NCBI RefSeq assembly: GCF_020745735.1
Contig: NC_083409.1
Coordinates: 8,545,534 to 8,609,533 of the forward strand
Direction of reading: 5' to 3'
Length of the DNA: 64,000 bases
DNA from: Hemiscyllium ocellatum
Lineage: Eukaryota
The position numbers and the translations under genes are program-made. The notes beneath the pieces are model-generated. The model worked only from the letters and a program-made list of their open reading frames with translations, made no database searches and had not been told where the DNA came from. The stretch's first letter is position 1. Each line of letters begins with the position of its first letter. Of the stretch, positions 61,671 to 64,000 are shown one piece after another.

Positions 61671-64000
61671 CGGACGTGTACTGCCTGCAGGATTTCCCTG
61701 CGGCAGGCTGTTTTGACGTGACCTTCAGGAGTGTGAAGAATTGTGTGCAGCAGCTGAAGGTCTTCAAGGAGAAGGAAGAGGAACCTCTGTTCTCCATCTT
61801 GTCGGCGGTCCTGTTCTGTGTGCTACCTGCGCAGAGGAGTTGTGTTGTCACGATCCAGATGTACAACCCTTACGTCCCAGCAGCAGATGCCCTGACCTTC
61901 TTGAAGAGATACGTCCAGGTCGAAGGAGAGAGTACTGATATCGTCGATCCTTTCGGGATCTGGACTAGCAAACGACAGGTCAGGGTAAACCTGAGGGTCG
62001 TCGCCAGTGGGAATATCCTCCACCCACCCTCCAGCTTTGCCATCGCAGGAAGCAGAGATCACCTGACATACACAGAGCAGCCGAAGGTGTGCCGAACCTG
62101 CAGAAGGTCAGGCCACATGGTGACTGATTGTAAGGTGACCGTCTGCCGAAACTGCAAGCAGGAAGGCCACCCAACCAAGAAATGTAAGGAGGCCAAGAAC
62201 TGTGATCTTTGTGGAGAGGCGGGCCACATGTACAAGGCCTGCCCTAGATGAGGAGCCTCCACCTATGCAGAGATGTTCGGAGGTGGCAACACGAGCCTTG
62301 GACCGACTAAGACCAGCAATGTACCACAAAATAGCACGGAAACGGTGTCTGGAGGCACGCAGAAGGAAGGGCAGGTTGTAACAGAGCAGAGGGCAGACAG
62401 CGGGGAGATGCAGCAGCCGATCCACACTCCTTCAAAACAGACGGAGGAAATGGAAAAGGAGGGATCAAAGGAGGCAGAGGATTGGAATACGGTCCAAAAC
62501 AGGAAGAGGAAACCTCTCTGGGGCCCTAAAGCCACCCAGAGAAGGGGGAAGCGACACCTGCAAGTCGAGGACACAGGCAGCTCTTCCAATGGTGAGGACG
62601 GGCGCAAAGAGGGTCATCACCAGAGGAAGAGACAGAGAGCCGTGGGGAGAAAGGAGGGCAGCACCGCCCACGAAGTGAAAGACGATCCCTCTGAGGGGAT
62701 GGGTAAAGGCCTCCCCCTACCCGGTGAGAACCAAAAGGTACCCACCGGCCCACAGCTCCAGGTAACTGGGAGCAGCGTTCCTGTGACAGCTCGGCTGTCA
62801 GATGGAGAACTGGATGGTGCGGACCCTGGGCTCGACACGAAGACACCAGAGTGGGGAAATGGCTCCAGCGTGGATCCGTACAGCTACCTCAGCCCTGGGG
62901 AGGTCCAGCAATTCGCCGTCACCATGGGGATGCACACCGCTACCCCAGAGGAGCAAGAGCAGCAGCAAATGGACTCTGTTAACCTTGTAAACTGTTAAAA
63001 TGGGGTATAAAATTGCAAGCATCAATGTGCGTAGCATCAAATCAGCTACGCAATGTGTTTCAATGATGGCCTTACTGGCCAGCGTTAAAGCCGACCTCCT
63101 GTTTCTGCCGGAGTGTGGGATACAGCACCTCAGCAGGTACAGGAGATGGCCGAGCTTGTGGGCCCATGGGCAGTCAGTTTGGTCGGGTGTTAATGATAGC
63201 CGCACCTCCGGCCTGGGTATCCTGTTGCGAGGAGGCAACTTCACCATCTCCAAGGTTAAGGAGGTGGTGGGAGGGCGCGTCCTCATCGCCGACGTTATGT
63301 ACAGGAATGCTCCCCTGAGACTGATTAATGTGTATGCTCCACTGGGTAAGAGTGAACGGTTGGCCGTCCTGCAGCAGCTTCCACTGTTGCTGGCTAAGTT
63401 GCTGGCTAACTGCCTGTGTCCTCGACTTGCACGTGTCATTCTGGCCGGAGACGTCAACTGTATCATTGATGCAGATGGACGATCCGGCGGGGTGGACAGT
63501 AAACTAGACGCCACGTCCAGAGCCCTGATGGACACGGTAAAAAACGCCAAGCTGCACGACGTCTTCAGCTCCCCTGCTGACGGAGCGCAGCGTAGATACA
63601 CCTGGTCACGGGCAGACGGGTCTATCTGCTCACGATAGATTAACTGTTTGTGTCCCGAACGCTCTCGGTCAGATCCACCGACGTCAAGCCGGTGTTCTTC
63701 TCTGACCACTGCCTCCTGCTGGCCGACTGTCTCCTACAGGACGAGCAGCGGACGGATAAGGGAACGTGGAAGTTGAACACTAAACTGTTGACCCCGGGAA
63801 ACATTGAGGAACTCAAGAGGGACTACGCAGGTTGGACAACCATGAAGCCCCTTTTTGAGTCCCCAGCGGATTGGTGGGAAACAGTAACAGGGAATATCAA
63901 GAGGTTCTTCATCCTCAAAGATGTTCAGGAGCCGAGAGAGAGGTGGGGAAAACTGCCCCAGCTCCAGTAAAGTATGCAGAACATGCTCCTGCTGCAGACC
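61671..64000 (+). mobile_element. Tx1-like LINE, outer element continued: ORF1 with three CCHC knuckles and ORF2 endonuclease (runs off the window)
   Basis: CRTCRRSGHMVTDC, CRNCKQEGHPTKKC, CDLCGEAGHMYKAC; premature TGA at 62249-62251; ORF2 from 63000 MGYKIASINVRS..LINVYAP..LAGDVNC..YTW..SDH with a frameshift near 63640. Confidence 0.92.

Overview
Eukaryotic DNA from a cartilaginous fish. This is inferred from a nurse-shark NS4-like kappa light chain, HE1-type SINEs and shark-type CR1/Penelope repeats; the species cannot be fixed. The one intact host gene is an immunoglobulin kappa (type III/NS4-like) light-chain cluster on the minus strand: leader 20397-20349, V and J already joined in frame with no RSS between them 20162-19833, and C exon 12808-12480. 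It gives a 235-aa ORF with an unpaired Cys in CDR3. The cluster and its flanks (~4.6-26.9 kb) are mirrored by a head-to-head inverted paralog (~29.6-49.65 kb). The paralog has lost leader/V/J/promoter in a deletion joining two CR1 fragments, and its C exon is a pseudogene (40059-40385). Comparing the arms exposes non-coding islands far more conserved than their flanks, notably a 257-bp element with a perfect PU.1-IRF composite site plus an E-box, a candidate B-cell enhancer. Right of the palindrome lie a decayed epsilon-like endogenous retrovirus (pol, env, PPT, LTR; minus strand) and a Tx1-like LINE inserted inside ORF1 of its own family. The rest is mostly CR1, L2-like, Penelope and SINE debris, and the Penelope ends carry minimal hammerhead-ribozyme motifs. 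All percent identities are approximate hand alignments, and most repeat boundaries are approximate.
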